A stretch of 64,000 nucleotides of DNA from Terriglobia bacterium (GCA_965206645.1 CBDBKE010000004.1:1856001-1920000), one strand, 5' to 3'; positions 54,704 through 64,000 are shown, counted from the stretch's first letter. Notes: generated by a model from the letters alone, not told the origin. A program made the numbers and translations.

Positions 54704-55561
54704 TTAAGCCGCTCTTTGAGACCTCCGCTCTTCTGATTCCCGCAAGGCAACAAGGTCTGCCACGTCCCACAGCCGATCTGTAACGCCAGCGGCCATTGCA
54801 GGGGTGACACGCAAGGTCCGGTGAATCTTGATGAAGTTGTAAGCGAAGTAATACAACGCCACAGCCGCTGCGTGATTCTCGATCTTGCGGCTGAAGGCGT
54901 TTGTCAAGCGGGTGTAGCGGCGCATGCCCATGCGGGCCGAAAGATTCTGCCGCTCAACGTAGGATGTGGAAATGTGCTTCGGATCTGGATTGCCGCCAAT
55001 GGCCACGGCTCGACAACCAATGCACTCCGCTGGGCTGTAGCGGACTTGGCCTTCTCGGTCTGATCCGTAGAGCTTAATCAGCATTGCGTAATCCACATTC
55101 GAGCCGAAAGCGCTTTCTACCGCGTCCAGGTAAGCTTTGTGTCCGTCGCTGGTGAGTTGGACGCGATTATTCAGACGTGAGGCCAAATCGCTAACGAAAT
55201 CGTGTGCGGTTCCCGCGCCACGATCACCTAGCCGCCATGACGGCACGAGCTTTGTATCCGCATCAATCGCCATCCAGAGCCACACATCGCCGGCATGGGG
55301 GTTCTTAGCTGCAATGTCCGGCGTCACATTCTTATGCTTGCAATAACAAAATGACCACAGTTCGTCTGGCTGCAGTCGGCGGCAATTGAGCTTTCGGAAC
55401 ATCAGGTCCTGGTAATCTGAACACACCGCGCCAACCTCCACCAGGAGACGCATCACGGTCTTCTTCGCAACGCCCGTCATGCGGACGGTAGAGCGGATGG
55501 AGCAACCTTCCACCAGACACTTGATGGCTTGTGCCCGCCGTTCTCTGTCTAGTCTGTTCAT
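54704..55561 (-). CDS. IS1-family single-ORF DDE transposase
   Basis: HTH (EGCSIRSTVRMTG), DELWSF, TSDG..Y and VERQNL..R...RR.TR.TNAFSRK. Confidence 0.92.
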   Translation of the reverse strand: MNRLDRERRAQAIKCLVEGCSIRSTVRMTGVAKKTVMRLLVEVGAVCSDYQDLMFRKLNCRRLQPDELWSFCYCKHKNVTPDIAAKNPHAGDVWLWMAIDADTKLVPSWRLGDRGAGTAHDFVSDLASRLNNRVQLTSDGHKAYLDAVESAFGSNVDYAMLIKLYGSDREGQVRYSPAECIGCRAVAIGGNPDPKHISTSYVERQNLSARMGMRRYTRLTNAFSRKIENHAAAVALYYFAYNFIKIHRTLRVTPAMAAGVTDRLWDVADLVALRESEERRSQRAA

Positions 55562-55567
55562 GTCGCG

Positions 55568-55597
55568 ATTGCACCTAAAGCCGATTTAGCATGTCAA
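55568..55597 (-). promoter_or_regulatory. Probable leaderless promoter of the transposase with a palindromic operator in the spacer
   Basis: TTGACA-18 bp-TGCAAT, 6 nt before the ATG, no SD; CTAAA-N5-TTTAG at 55575-55589. Confidence 0.6.
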
Positions 55598-55689
55598 GAA
55601 AAATCTTTCTGTAGTGAGCTGGGATGTGGATTATTTCCGCCGGGAAATATCCCTTGCGTGAGGGCTGCTCCTGTGCTGAAGATGTAGGG

Positions 55690-55845
55690 AGTGGCGAGCC
55701 CGGTTTACAAGGTGTTGCCCCACGCCGGGCCCGCCGCAGAGAGGAGCGGTAGCTATTATGAGAGTCTGAGCGGGCCATGCGCCCGCGCTAGCCCACGGGT
55801 GAGGCCAAAAGCCCCACCCGTGGGCTAAGCAACCAATCCCTCTTT
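55690..55845. ncRNA. Candidate structured non-coding RNA inside the IS1 element
   Basis: Three consecutive hairpins (55693-55735, 55770-55786, 55789-55827); extended -10 TGGTATAAA on the minus strand at 55850-55858. Confidence 0.4.
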
Positions 55846-55891
55846 GAGTTTTATACCACGTTTTCGCTTGAATTAGAAGGAGAAAACGAAT

Positions 55892-56374
55892 ATGGAAAAG
55901 GCCCGCCAAGCCACGGACTACGCAGCCATTCTGGATGACATGGAAACCAAGAAGGCTAGCCTGGAGACGGCTATCTCAAGTTTGCGGGCGGCTCTTGCCG
56001 CCGGTTCTTTGGGTGTTACAGCCGACGTATCTCCAGGGGTGGTATCGGCCGCACCAGCACTAAGGACACCAGGCGAACCGGGTTCCCTTCCTAGGGGTGC
56101 CTTATTGAGCAAGACGGCTCCCGAGGCGATCAAGCTATACCTCAGCGCCGTTCGGCAGAAGAAGACGAACAAGGAAATCGCCCAGACCTTACAAGAGCAC
56201 GGCGTGGAATCTACCGGGAAGAAGTTCGACAACTTCATAAACCATAGTTTGTTTCGGCTGAAGAAGCAAGGGGTGGTGCTTCGGTTCGACGACGGGTGGG
56301 CTCTAGCCGAATGGTACCCCGAGCCGTTTAGGAATCGTCTGAGCCAAGACAAGAGCAAGCTCGACAGGAAGTAA
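55892..56374 (+). CDS. Passenger protein: N-terminal coiled coil plus C-terminal winged helix (HARE-HTH / RNAP delta-like)
   Basis: AAGGAG RBS; heptads, Pro/Ala linker and three helices ending in the wing GWALAEWYP. Confidence 0.7.
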   Translation: MEKARQATDYAAILDDMETKKASLETAISSLRAALAAGSLGVTADVSPGVVSAAPALRTPGEPGSLPRGALLSKTAPEAIKLYLSAVRQKKTNKEIAQTLQEHGVESTGKKFDNFINHSLFRLKKQGVVLRFDDGWALAEWYPEPFRNRLSQDKSKLDRK

Positions 56375-56416
56375 AGGCGAAGCCTAAGCCTAAGAAGCAA
56401 TCGGCTCAGCGGGGGG

Positions 56417-56695
56417 CTAGGATTCGGAAGTCCGCTTAGGCTTGCGGCGCTTTGACCAGCGGACGCAGGCGGCCTTGAAGGCGATCTGGCTGCGCTGTTC
56501 TTGTGTGAGGGTTTCGAGCCGCCGCTTACCACCGATCTTGCCGCCTTTGCGTCCCAACGCGGACATGACAAGCGAAATTTCAGCCGGTGTCGGCCCTTTT
56601 GCTTTCTCCGATTTTTCCGTGGATAGATTTCCTAGAAAGTGAGCTAGTTTGTTTATGTCCCCAGGTCTCCTGGCTTTGCTTAATGGCTTTGGCAT
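56417..56695 (-). CDS. Small basic KGG-motif protein of the IS1-like element
   Basis: RPGDINKLA...LGRKGGKIGGKRR..LT.EQRSQIA.KAA..RW. Confidence 0.75.
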   Translation of the reverse strand: MPKPLSKARRPGDINKLAHFLGNLSTEKSEKAKGPTPAEISLVMSALGRKGGKIGGKRRLETLTQEQRSQIAFKAACVRWSKRRKPKRTSES

Positions 56696-56776
56696 ATTTA
56701 CAGTATGCCACGGCATCGCTGTATATGGAAGACCCGCAAAATCCAAAGTAGCCCACTACCGCCCGCCTGGGGAAGT

Positions 56777-56805
56777 TGACAGCGCGGTGCTCACGTGAAA
56801 AAATC
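56777..56805 (+). promoter_or_regulatory. Probable tRNA-Leu promoter
   Basis: TTGACA-17 bp-AAAAAT with an upstream TG. Confidence 0.5.
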
Positions 56806-56840
56806 ATATAGGGTCTTCCGCCAAGTAGATAGTTCCCTGT

Positions 56841-56927
56841 GCCCAAGTGGCGGAATTGGCAGACGCGCTAGATTCAGGTTCTAGTGAGCGAAAGCTTGTG
56901 GAGGTTCGAGTCCTCTCTTGGGCACCA
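56841..56927 (+). tRNA. tRNA-Leu(CAG)
   Basis: Acceptor GCCCAAG/CTTGGGC, anticodon arm CTAGA-TTCAGGT-TCTAG, long variable arm, GGTTCGAGTCC T-arm and encoded CCA. Confidence 0.97.
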
Positions 56928-56960
56928 TTTAATTCCAGGGCACTTACGCTGTTGCCGCTT

Positions 56961-57592
56961 TCACCAAGCGCGTGCCTGATTTTCGCCGGTGTCAGTTCTA
57001 GTGTCAGTTGCGCCCTGTGTCGGGAGCTCCACTGCCTCTTGCAGGTGGGCTTCTCCCAGGTGGGAATACCGGAGGGTTGTTTCAATCCGTTTGTGCCCCA
57101 TCAGCACCTGGACGGTCCGTAGCGGAACCCCAGCCATTACTAGCCGACTGGCAAAAGTGTGCCGCAGATCATACCAGCGGAAATTGGCAATCTCCGTTGC
57201 CTCTAGGCATTCATTGAACCATTCCTGCCTGTCGTGAATTGGCGCGCCTTCAGAGCCGGGGCAGACGTAGCCGAACGGGATTCGAGGCAACCTTGCCATT
57301 GCGACCTGCCAGCGAAAACACCAGGCTCAGGAGCGCCCGATAGCGGTCGACGGTAGCGGGCTTCCTTCCATCCTCAGCCAGCTCGTGTAACTTGCGCTCT
57401 ATGTCCTGTGGGGTAATGTCTTCGGCTGGCCGATCCCCAAACCAATCCTTCAAAGTTTCCATGTGCCACTTGTCTATGCGGTAGGCTTCGGGCACTTTCG
57501 TTGCCTTGGAGTAATCCAGCGCCTCATGGCAATCTTGGAAAAAGCCACGTTCACCTGCCGCATCGTCTCCGGCACGTTCTTCCCCTGGAGCT
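56961..57592 (-). pseudogene. Tyrosine integrase remnant
   Basis: C-terminal YDLRHTFAS..LMGHK..TTLRY; core-binding fragment (ITPQDIE, KPATVDRYRALLS, NPVR); frameshifts and the box I region missing. Confidence 0.88.
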
Positions 57593-57956
57593 CGAAGTCG
57601 TAGTAGCCGCCTACATGGGGCAACTTGTCCAACCTCTCCGAGGTTTGGTCGAGATCTTCCCTCGTAGCGGTGAGGGTTTCATCGCCCTCTTCTCGATCGG
57701 CTTTTTCGCTCGCTATTGCTTGCGAAACCGCCCCGACCTGCTCGCGGGTCCTCACCTGTGAAGCTTCCATCGCCTCTACCCGTTGCAGCAGGTCCTGGAT
57801 CAGGGCCGCCTGCTCCTCAATGAAAGACTCGTGGGCGGCTATCTTTTTCTTCAGCTGAACAATCTCTTCCGGATTTTCCGCCTCTTGCGCGGCAGCCGGT
57901 GCAAAACCCAACAGGAACAGCATGATCGCAAGCCCGGAAGAATACGCCAATCGCAT
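57593..57956 (-). pseudogene. N-terminal fragment of an outer-membrane porin-like protein
   Basis: Signal peptide, coiled coil and a first strand VGGYYDFE, then fused to integrase sequence. Confidence 0.55.
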
Positions 57957-58024
57957 ACCGATTCCCTGAATGTTTCCCGGTACGGTCATTTGAGCCTCCT
58001 GCCCGATAGGGCGATCGATTCGAT

Positions 58025-58687
58025 CTATGCTGAACGGCTTCTAAAAGAGGCATCAGGCAATGCAATCTTGCCCAGATCGTGCAGGATGCCGCCGCGGCAC
58101 AACGCCTCCAGGTCAGCTTCGGGCAATCCTAACTGCCTGCCCAGGGCCGGCGAGTAGGCCGACAGCCGCTCGCAGTGCCCTTCGGTGTAGGGATCGCGAG
58201 CTTCGACACTGCGCGCCAGGGCGAACAGGACACCTTCGGCGTGCTCCAGCTCATCGGTGAACTGTTTCAGCCGCAGCAGCGACCGCAACCGAGCCAGCAG
58301 CTCCTGGCGGTCGAAGGGCTTGGTGAGGAAGTCGTCGGCCCCGGCTTCGATGGCGCGAATCCGGTCAGCCCGCTCGTGCAGTGCCGTCACCATCACCACC
58401 GGGATCAAGCGGAATGCCGGATTGCTCTTGATCCGGCGGCACACCTCGAAGCCGTCGGGCGGTGGCATCATTGCGTCCAGCAGCACCAGATCAGGCTGGC
58501 ATTGCTCTACCTGCTGGAGCGCTTCTGCTCCATTGGCGGCACCCAGCAGGCGGTAGCCCAGCGGCTCCAGCATGTCGCGCAGGAGCATGCGGTTGACCTG
58601 CTCATCGTCCACCGTCAAGATCGCTGGGGTGGGCAGGCGCGGATCCTGCGCAGGGTTGCCAGCGGTTCGGCTGCTTCTGGTATCCAT
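58025..58687 (-). pseudogene. REC + HD-GYP (RpfG-like) response regulator truncated just after the HD motif
   Basis: VDDE, LLDAMMP, KPF, RDPYTEGHCER and LHDLGKI; no GYP part. Confidence 0.85.
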
Positions 58688-58702
58688 GGGTTATGAGCCT
58701 GC

Positions 58703-59387
58703 TTAGCGCTCCAGTGCCTGGCGCACCTTGCGGGCCAGGTCCGCCGCGGTAAATGGTTTCTGGAGGAAGGCCACGCAAGGCTCCATCACCCCGTGGTGAA
58801 CGGCGGCGGCGGCGGTGTAGCCGGACATGTAGAGCAGTTGATCCCCGGGCGCAGGGAGGCCAGGCGTTGGGCCAACTGGCGTCCGTTGACCTCAGGCATC
58901 ACAACGTCAGCCACCAGCAGGTGGATCCGGCGTTCATTCCGTTGGACGAGCCGTGTGGCCTCGGCACCATCTCCGGCGGCCAGCACGTTGTAGCCGTTCC
59001 TCTCCAGAGTTCAGGCAGCCAACTCCTGGACCGCCTTTTCATCTTCCAGCACGCCCTGCTTAAGGTATTCGACAGTGCCTTCTTCGCCCAGAGTCGCCGT
59101 GACGACCAAAAAGGGGATGTCTTTTCTGGACTGCTCGCGATCATCTCCAAGGCGTCAGTCCCTGCCCAGCTGCCCAGATTATGGTCGCTGAGAATCAGGT
59201 TGTATCCTGCGTGCTCCAGGCGCCGCTGGAACGCTCCGGGGGAGTTAACCGCTTCAAAGAAAAGGGAATAGCCCGCTCGTTTCAGCGTCGCCACCATCAG
59301 TTCCACATCCGCAGATTTATCGTCTGCAATGAACACGCGAAGGGGGCTTCGCGAGACGCTTGGAGTTTCTGTTTGAGCTTTAGACAT
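58703..59387 (-). pseudogene. Hybrid histidine kinase remnant (N-terminal and C-terminal REC domains only)
   Basis: Two REC domains joined near 59050, with frameshifts and a TGA at 59011-59013. Confidence 0.75.
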
Positions 59388-60548
59388 CGGTGGCGGTGAC
59401 TTACAAAAACTAGTTCGCGGCAGGACGGACATGCAACTCAGAGTCCCTTTATCAGGCGCTTTGCTACCACGCAGATAGAAAGCTGGGGGAGCCCTTGGGG
59501 GTCCACTTCGGCATGCCATTCCCAGATTGGGACTTGGCCCGTCGCTGCCGCGCCCCTACTTGGGCCCCGGGATGGACACCGCCCTGGACCAGGTTCTCAT
59601 GCAGTGGCAGGCAACGCCTGAGCTGATAGAATTTCGGCTATGCGCGAATACACCAAAGAACACGCGCGGGCACGAAATCGGCACTTCAGTGCTCGACTCA
59701 TCGCGAATCCACCTGGCCTTGTAACGCCCTTATCGGAAACTGAGCCACTGCCCTGGCGGGCGTAGAGGGTCGTTTTTCCGGAAGCCGACTCCTCATTCCT
59801 AATCTGTTTTGGAGGGTGTATCAACTCGAAGTTGTAGAACCCAGACCGGTTCATCCCAACGGGTTCTCGTTTAGAAAAGCTAACCTTGCGCAGGCATACG
59901 CCAAAGTGAGCCGTGTAGTTCCTGTCGCCCACTTCTCGCCCGCTGCAGAGCTGAAACCTTCGTAATCTTTCCTCTTTTCTGTTGGCGAAAAATCCGGGAA
60001 CCTGTTGAGGTTTATAAGCGTTTCGTTAGAAACCACTTGGTTTCGGATACGATTCAGGTTCTAGTGAGCGAAAGCTTGTGGAGGTTCGAGTCCTCTCTTG
60101 GGCACCATTAACTTACGGACACTGGCAATCCTCTGAACCTGTATATGCTTGCAGTTTTTCGGTAGAGGGGTGGCTTTTAGCTTGTCCAGGCTGGATCGTA
60201 GGTAAGCACTAGCCCGTTGGTCGGGACCTGCCCGGCATATCTATCCTCCGACGAAGTGGACATTCGACCCCCGCCACACTGTCGTGATTCCACTTCCCCA
60301 CCAAAGTCAGTGCTTCTCAGGAATGGAAGAGCGTCCCGAAAACGCCGACTTACCAGAAAGAAACCCAAGGATATGCGAGAAGCGCCAGTTCCTACTCGTG
60401 CGCCTCAGACTCCCATTGCTCGACGAGATGGCACAGCCGCACAACGATCTCCGGGCGGCGCAAGTGGGTGGCATTCCGGGGGACGTCACCACCCCGTGAA
60501 CGTCCGGTTCCTTTCAGGTGATCCGGACCTACCCGCCCTGCCTCTTTA

Positions 60549-61262
60549 CTATCCCCCCAGGTAGAGACGCTTCACCTCCTCATTGTGCATGATCTCCTCG
60601 CCAGTTCCCTCGAAACGCTTTCTTCCCAGCTCCAGGACGATCGCATGATGTGAAATAGCCAATGCCCTCTTTGCATTCTGTTCTACAATCAGGACGGCGA
60701 TTCCATCGGAATTGATCTCGCGGATCTTTTCGAATACGATTTCAGTTGTCTTCGGCGCTAGGCCTAAAGACGGCTCATCGAGCAACATCAATCGTGGATG
60801 TAATAACAGGACTCTTCCCATCTCAAGGATTTGTTGCTCACCCCCACTGAGATTGCCAGCCATTTCATTTGCCTTTTCTCGAAGAACCGGAAATTTGTCC
60901 ATCACCTCCTAGATGTCGTTCTCGATCTTCTCATCGTTACGCGTGAACGCACCCATCTCGAGGTTTTCCCTGACAGTCATCGCTGGAAAATTACATCGAC
61001 CCTGCGGGACGTAAGACAATCCCCTTTTCAGCATCCCCGCAGGGTTGAGATTGGTAATATCCGAGCCATCAAACAGAACGCTGCCTCGTCGGGCTTTGAT
61101 GAGTCCGAAGACTCCTTTAACCAAAGTAGACTTGCCAGCTCCATTCGGGCCTATAACACATGCTATCTCGTGTCGCTGGATCTGAGCGGAGACTCCCTTG
61201 ATAACATCAATCTCGCCGTAGCCAGTAACATAGTCCTTGATGTCCAGTATTACGTCACCCAT
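60549..61262 (-). pseudogene. livF: Branched-chain amino acid ABC ATPase with an in-frame TAG at 60909-60911
   Basis: GPNGAGKST, LSGGEQQ, LDEPSLGL and VEQNA; both ORFs in one frame. Confidence 0.9.
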
Positions 61263-61304
61263 AATTCTCGCACCATCTCGTCACCACGACGAGCCATAGA
61301 CGAA

Positions 61305-62060
61305 CTATGACCCAAAGTAGGCTTCGATAACATCGTCGTTTCTTTTAATGTCCTCCGGCCTCCCTTCCGCGAGTTGTTCTCCATAATTGAGAACGACCAC
61401 CCTGTGGCAAAGCTCCATGACGACGTCCATATTGTGTTCTATGATGCAGAATGTACACGCATTCCTATTTATTCGAACGATATGATCCATCATCTTCCTG
61501 ATCATCGTTGGATTTACGGCTGCTACGGGCTCATCTAGCAAGACGATCTCCGGGTCAGGCATAAACGCCATGGGAAACTCCAGGAGCTTCTGTTGCCCAT
61601 AGGAAAGATGTCCAGCCAGGTTGTCCTTCAGGTGAGCGATGTTTACGAGCTCCAATAACTCGGAAGCCCTTTCCTCGGCTTCCTTCTCAAGGCGCCTGAT
61701 GCGCGGAGTTCTAAATATGGATGCCAGGACCCGCTCTCCCTGATGCTGCTGTATCGCCAGCAGCATGTTGTCCATCACCGTCATTGCGGGAAATATTCTT
61801 ATGATCTGAAACGTCCTACTCAGGCCCCTAAGGGCGATTTCATGAGTCTTCAGGTTGGTGATGTCCCCCCCCCTGAAGTGGACTCTTCCCCCCGTAACCG
61901 GCAGCAGACCCGTTACGCAATTGAACAGCGTGGTCTTTCCGGAGCCATTCGGTCCAATGAGACCAACTATTTCACCCTTATTGATGTGAAGGTTAACTCT
62001 ATGGAGAGCAGTCACGCCAAGGAACGTCTTGGTCAAATCTATTGTCTCCAGTAGTGTCAC
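61305..62060 (-). CDS. livG: Branched-chain amino acid ABC ATPase
   Basis: GPNGSGKTT, LSYGQQKLLE, IEHNM and VIEAYFG. Confidence 0.92.
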   Translation of the reverse strand: MTLLETIDLTKTFLGVTALHRVNLHINKGEIVGLIGPNGSGKTTLFNCVTGLLPVTGGRVHFRGGDITNLKTHEIALRGLSRTFQIIRIFPAMTVMDNMLLAIQQHQGERVLASIFRTPRIRRLEKEAEERASELLELVNIAHLKDNLAGHLSYGQQKLLEFPMAFMPDPEIVLLDEPVAAVNPTMIRKMMDHIVRINRNACTFCIIEHNMDVVMELCHRVVVLNYGEQLAEGRPEDIKRNDDVIEAYFGS

Positions 62061-63019
62061 GCTGTTTTACACTTCCTTTTGGAAAGGAGTGCGTCCACCC
62101 TCCCTCCAATTCCCTCGGGCATAAGAACAACCGTGAATAACAATACACAACCGTATATGATATCCTTGAACTCAGGCGCTATTCTCAGATATTCGGGAAT
62201 GAAGGTAACAAGTATCGCCCCCAGGATAACTCCATGAATTGTGCCGGAGGCCCCAACGATCACCATGATCAGAAGCATTGTGATGTAATAACAGTCTGAG
62301 AATTCAGGTCCTACGAAAGTAATATAGTGGGCTGTTACACTCCCCGCGAGGCCGGCGAAACAAGCACTGATTGTGAAATCGATCATTCTGTACTTGAAGG
62401 CTTTAACCCCACGGGCTTCCGCAAGCACCTCGTTCTCCCTGATGGAAACGAACGCCCTTCCGACCCTTGAGTGCATCATGTAGTAAATACATACACACGT
62501 AGCGGTCACTAAGGCCAGAACAAAATAGTAGTATTCCGTGGCGGTGTCGATAACGATGCGACCGAGGAAAGGGACATTTATAATGGGCCGTGCAACGCCA
62601 GGAATCCCCATGGGACCATTCGTCAGCTGAACCCAGTTTATCCATATCGCTCTAGTAATGAGCGTAAACGCTAGAGTTACGATAGCAAAAGAATGATACG
62701 ATAGCCTTAGCGCTGCAAAGCCCACCGACACCGCGACGATTGATGCCACGGCACCGGCAAGTGGCAGAGCGACAATAAAGGGAACCTCCAGTTTTATGAC
62801 CAGTAAAGCCGAGGCATAGGCTCCAACTCCATAAAACGCTGGGTGCCTCAGGGACAGCATTCCTAGGTACCCGACGACGATGTCGTAACTGAGAGCAAAT
62901 ATTATGTAGATTCCTGACAAGATGATCAGATGCATAACGTAAGGAGAGGTTATGTAGAAGGGAACCCCGAGCAAGAGAAGTCCTCCAACAATGGTGACCA
63001 GAGGCCTCCTTCTGCCCAT
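62057..63019 (-). CDS. livM: Branched-chain amino acid ABC permease
   Basis: GY.GMLSL.H.AFYGVGAY, SRVGRA..IRENE and PEG. Confidence 0.9.
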   Translation of the reverse strand: MGRRRPLVTIVGGLLLLGVPFYITSPYVMHLIILSGIYIIFALSYDIVVGYLGMLSLRHPAFYGVGAYASALLVIKLEVPFIVALPLAGAVASIVAVSVGFAALRLSYHSFAIVTLAFTLITRAIWINWVQLTNGPMGIPGVARPIINVPFLGRIVIDTATEYYYFVLALVTATCVCIYYMMHSRVGRAFVSIRENEVLAEARGVKAFKYRMIDFTISACFAGLAGSVTAHYITFVGPEFSDCYYITMLLIMVIVGASGTIHGVILGAILVTFIPEYLRIAPEFKDIIYGCVLLFTVVLMPEGIGGRVDALLSKRKCKTA

Positions 63020-63031
63020 ATGCGTTAGCGC

Positions 63032-63897
63032 CTATATTCCTATCTTTCTGCCAAATAGGCCGTGTGGCTTAAACAGCAGTACGAGGATCAACATTAGGAA
63101 AGCGAACACATCTTCATACTGCAAGGAAACGTACGCCACGGCAAAACTCTCGACGATGGCCAAGATGAACGATGCGTAGATCGTCCCCTTCACATTGCCA
63201 AAGCCACCCATGATGACTACTGCGAAGCATTTCGGGACCAAAAGCAATCCCATCACTGGATGGATGGCCATAATGGGAGCCACGATAGCGCCGCCAAAAC
63301 CAGATAGACCGGCGCCCAATGCGAAGGCAATGGTTAAAATCTTGCGACGTCGATTCCAGCAATACGACATGACTCCTTGTTATGAGATACGGCCCGGAAG
63401 GCTTTACCAGTCTTTGTGCGGTGAATGAAGAAATGCAATCCGGTGAAAATGATCAGGGCACACACAATGATCAGCAGCCTCTGGAACGTGATCACAACTC
63501 CGAATATGTGAATGTTCATACTCGCGAGGTCCATGATGATTGTCCTGGGATTGGGTGTCCAAAGCAGTATGACACCGTTTTGCATGATGATAGATATTCC
63601 AAGGGTCGAAAGTAGCGGTAGCTGCCATGCCTTTCCAATCAGAGCACGGATGGCAAATCTCTCTACGATTATCCCAACGATGATCATCAGGCCGACCGAA
63701 ATCAGGATCGCAAGTGGATAGGAGAGCTGAGCCGTGTAGGCCAGAAGGGTGATATACGCCCCGAGCGTGTAAAACTCGCCCTGGGCGAAATTCACGACCT
63801 CAAGGATTCCGAACACGATGGTGAGTCCCACTGCGACCATCGCGTAGACGGCGCCGAAGAACAGGCCGATCACAATGAGCTGAAAGAAAGTCTCCAT
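63032..63897 (-). pseudogene. livH: Branched-chain amino acid ABC permease with a 1-nt frameshift near 63345
   Basis: GLTIVFG..VVNFAQGE in the first part; GGFGN and KPHGLFG in another frame. Confidence 0.88.
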
Positions 63898-64000
63898 GCG
63901 CAGGCTTACGCCAGGCCGTTCCGAGGAACGCTATCACCCTACGAGCGCTTGCGTTTTATTTGTTGCCCTGGCCTAGTGTGCTTTCTTTTCCCAGGCTTCC

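Larger units (their letters stand above)
54685..56760 (-). mobile_element. IS1-family element with passenger genes (transporter IS), 2076 bp
   Basis: Perfect 17-bp TIR GGTAGTGGGCTACTTTG (54685-54701 / 56744-56760); 8-bp direct repeat GCCCGCCT at 54677-54684 and 56761-56768. Confidence 0.93.
56871..60109. mobile_element. Decayed integrative element in tRNA-Leu bounded by a 59-bp direct repeat (attL 56871-56929, attR 60051-60109)
   Basis: Identical GATTCAGG...GGCACCATT copies; integrase remnant adjacent to the tRNA. Confidence 0.9.

Noticed and set aside
55725-55787. GCCCGC(C) in the IS1 spacer hairpins matching the TSD GCCCGCCT, as if it were a guide
   Set aside because: The match is only 6-7 nt, very GC-rich and located in stems; expected by chance unless covariation with targets is shown.
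59400-60050. Short ORFs in the island's distal part
   Set aside because: No recognisable motifs; probably degraded fragments that cannot be assigned.
60051-60109. Second tRNA-Leu
   Set aside because: Lacks the 5' acceptor strand and D-arm; it is the att duplicate.

Overview
A GC-rich bacterial chromosomal window whose gene repertoire (S55 peptidase plus beta-propeller pair, VWA protein, orphan nuoB, Tes-like radical SAM) points to Acidobacteriota; this taxonomic call is inference. About 1-52.5 kb is mostly core genome: uvrC, two tandem TPR paralogs, a desaturase, pckA, an FecA-like TonB receptor, a cysM-mec-(MoaD-MoeB-rhodanese) sulfur-carrier operon, tilS-hpt-ftsH, pruA, queG and an RND pump. 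It also carries three radical SAM genes of lipid interest: a tetraether synthase (Tes/GDGT-MAS) homolog, the 3' end of a GDGT ring synthase (Grs)-like enzyme, and an HpnP-related B12/DUF4070 enzyme. Together they suggest branched-GDGT lipid biosynthesis. About 52.6-64 kb is a mobile hotspot around tRNA-Leu(CAG). It holds an IS3 element with no target duplication between two truncated genes, and a complete IS1-family cargo element (17-bp perfect TIRs, 8-bp TSD) carrying a structured non-coding segment, a coiled-coil/winged-helix protein and a small basic KGG protein. It also holds a decayed 3.2-kb integrative island bounded by a 59-bp att repeat and a decaying lower-GC liv ABC operon. Several otherwise intact genes carry single in-frame stops. 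All family assignments come from motif recognition by eye; no database search was run.
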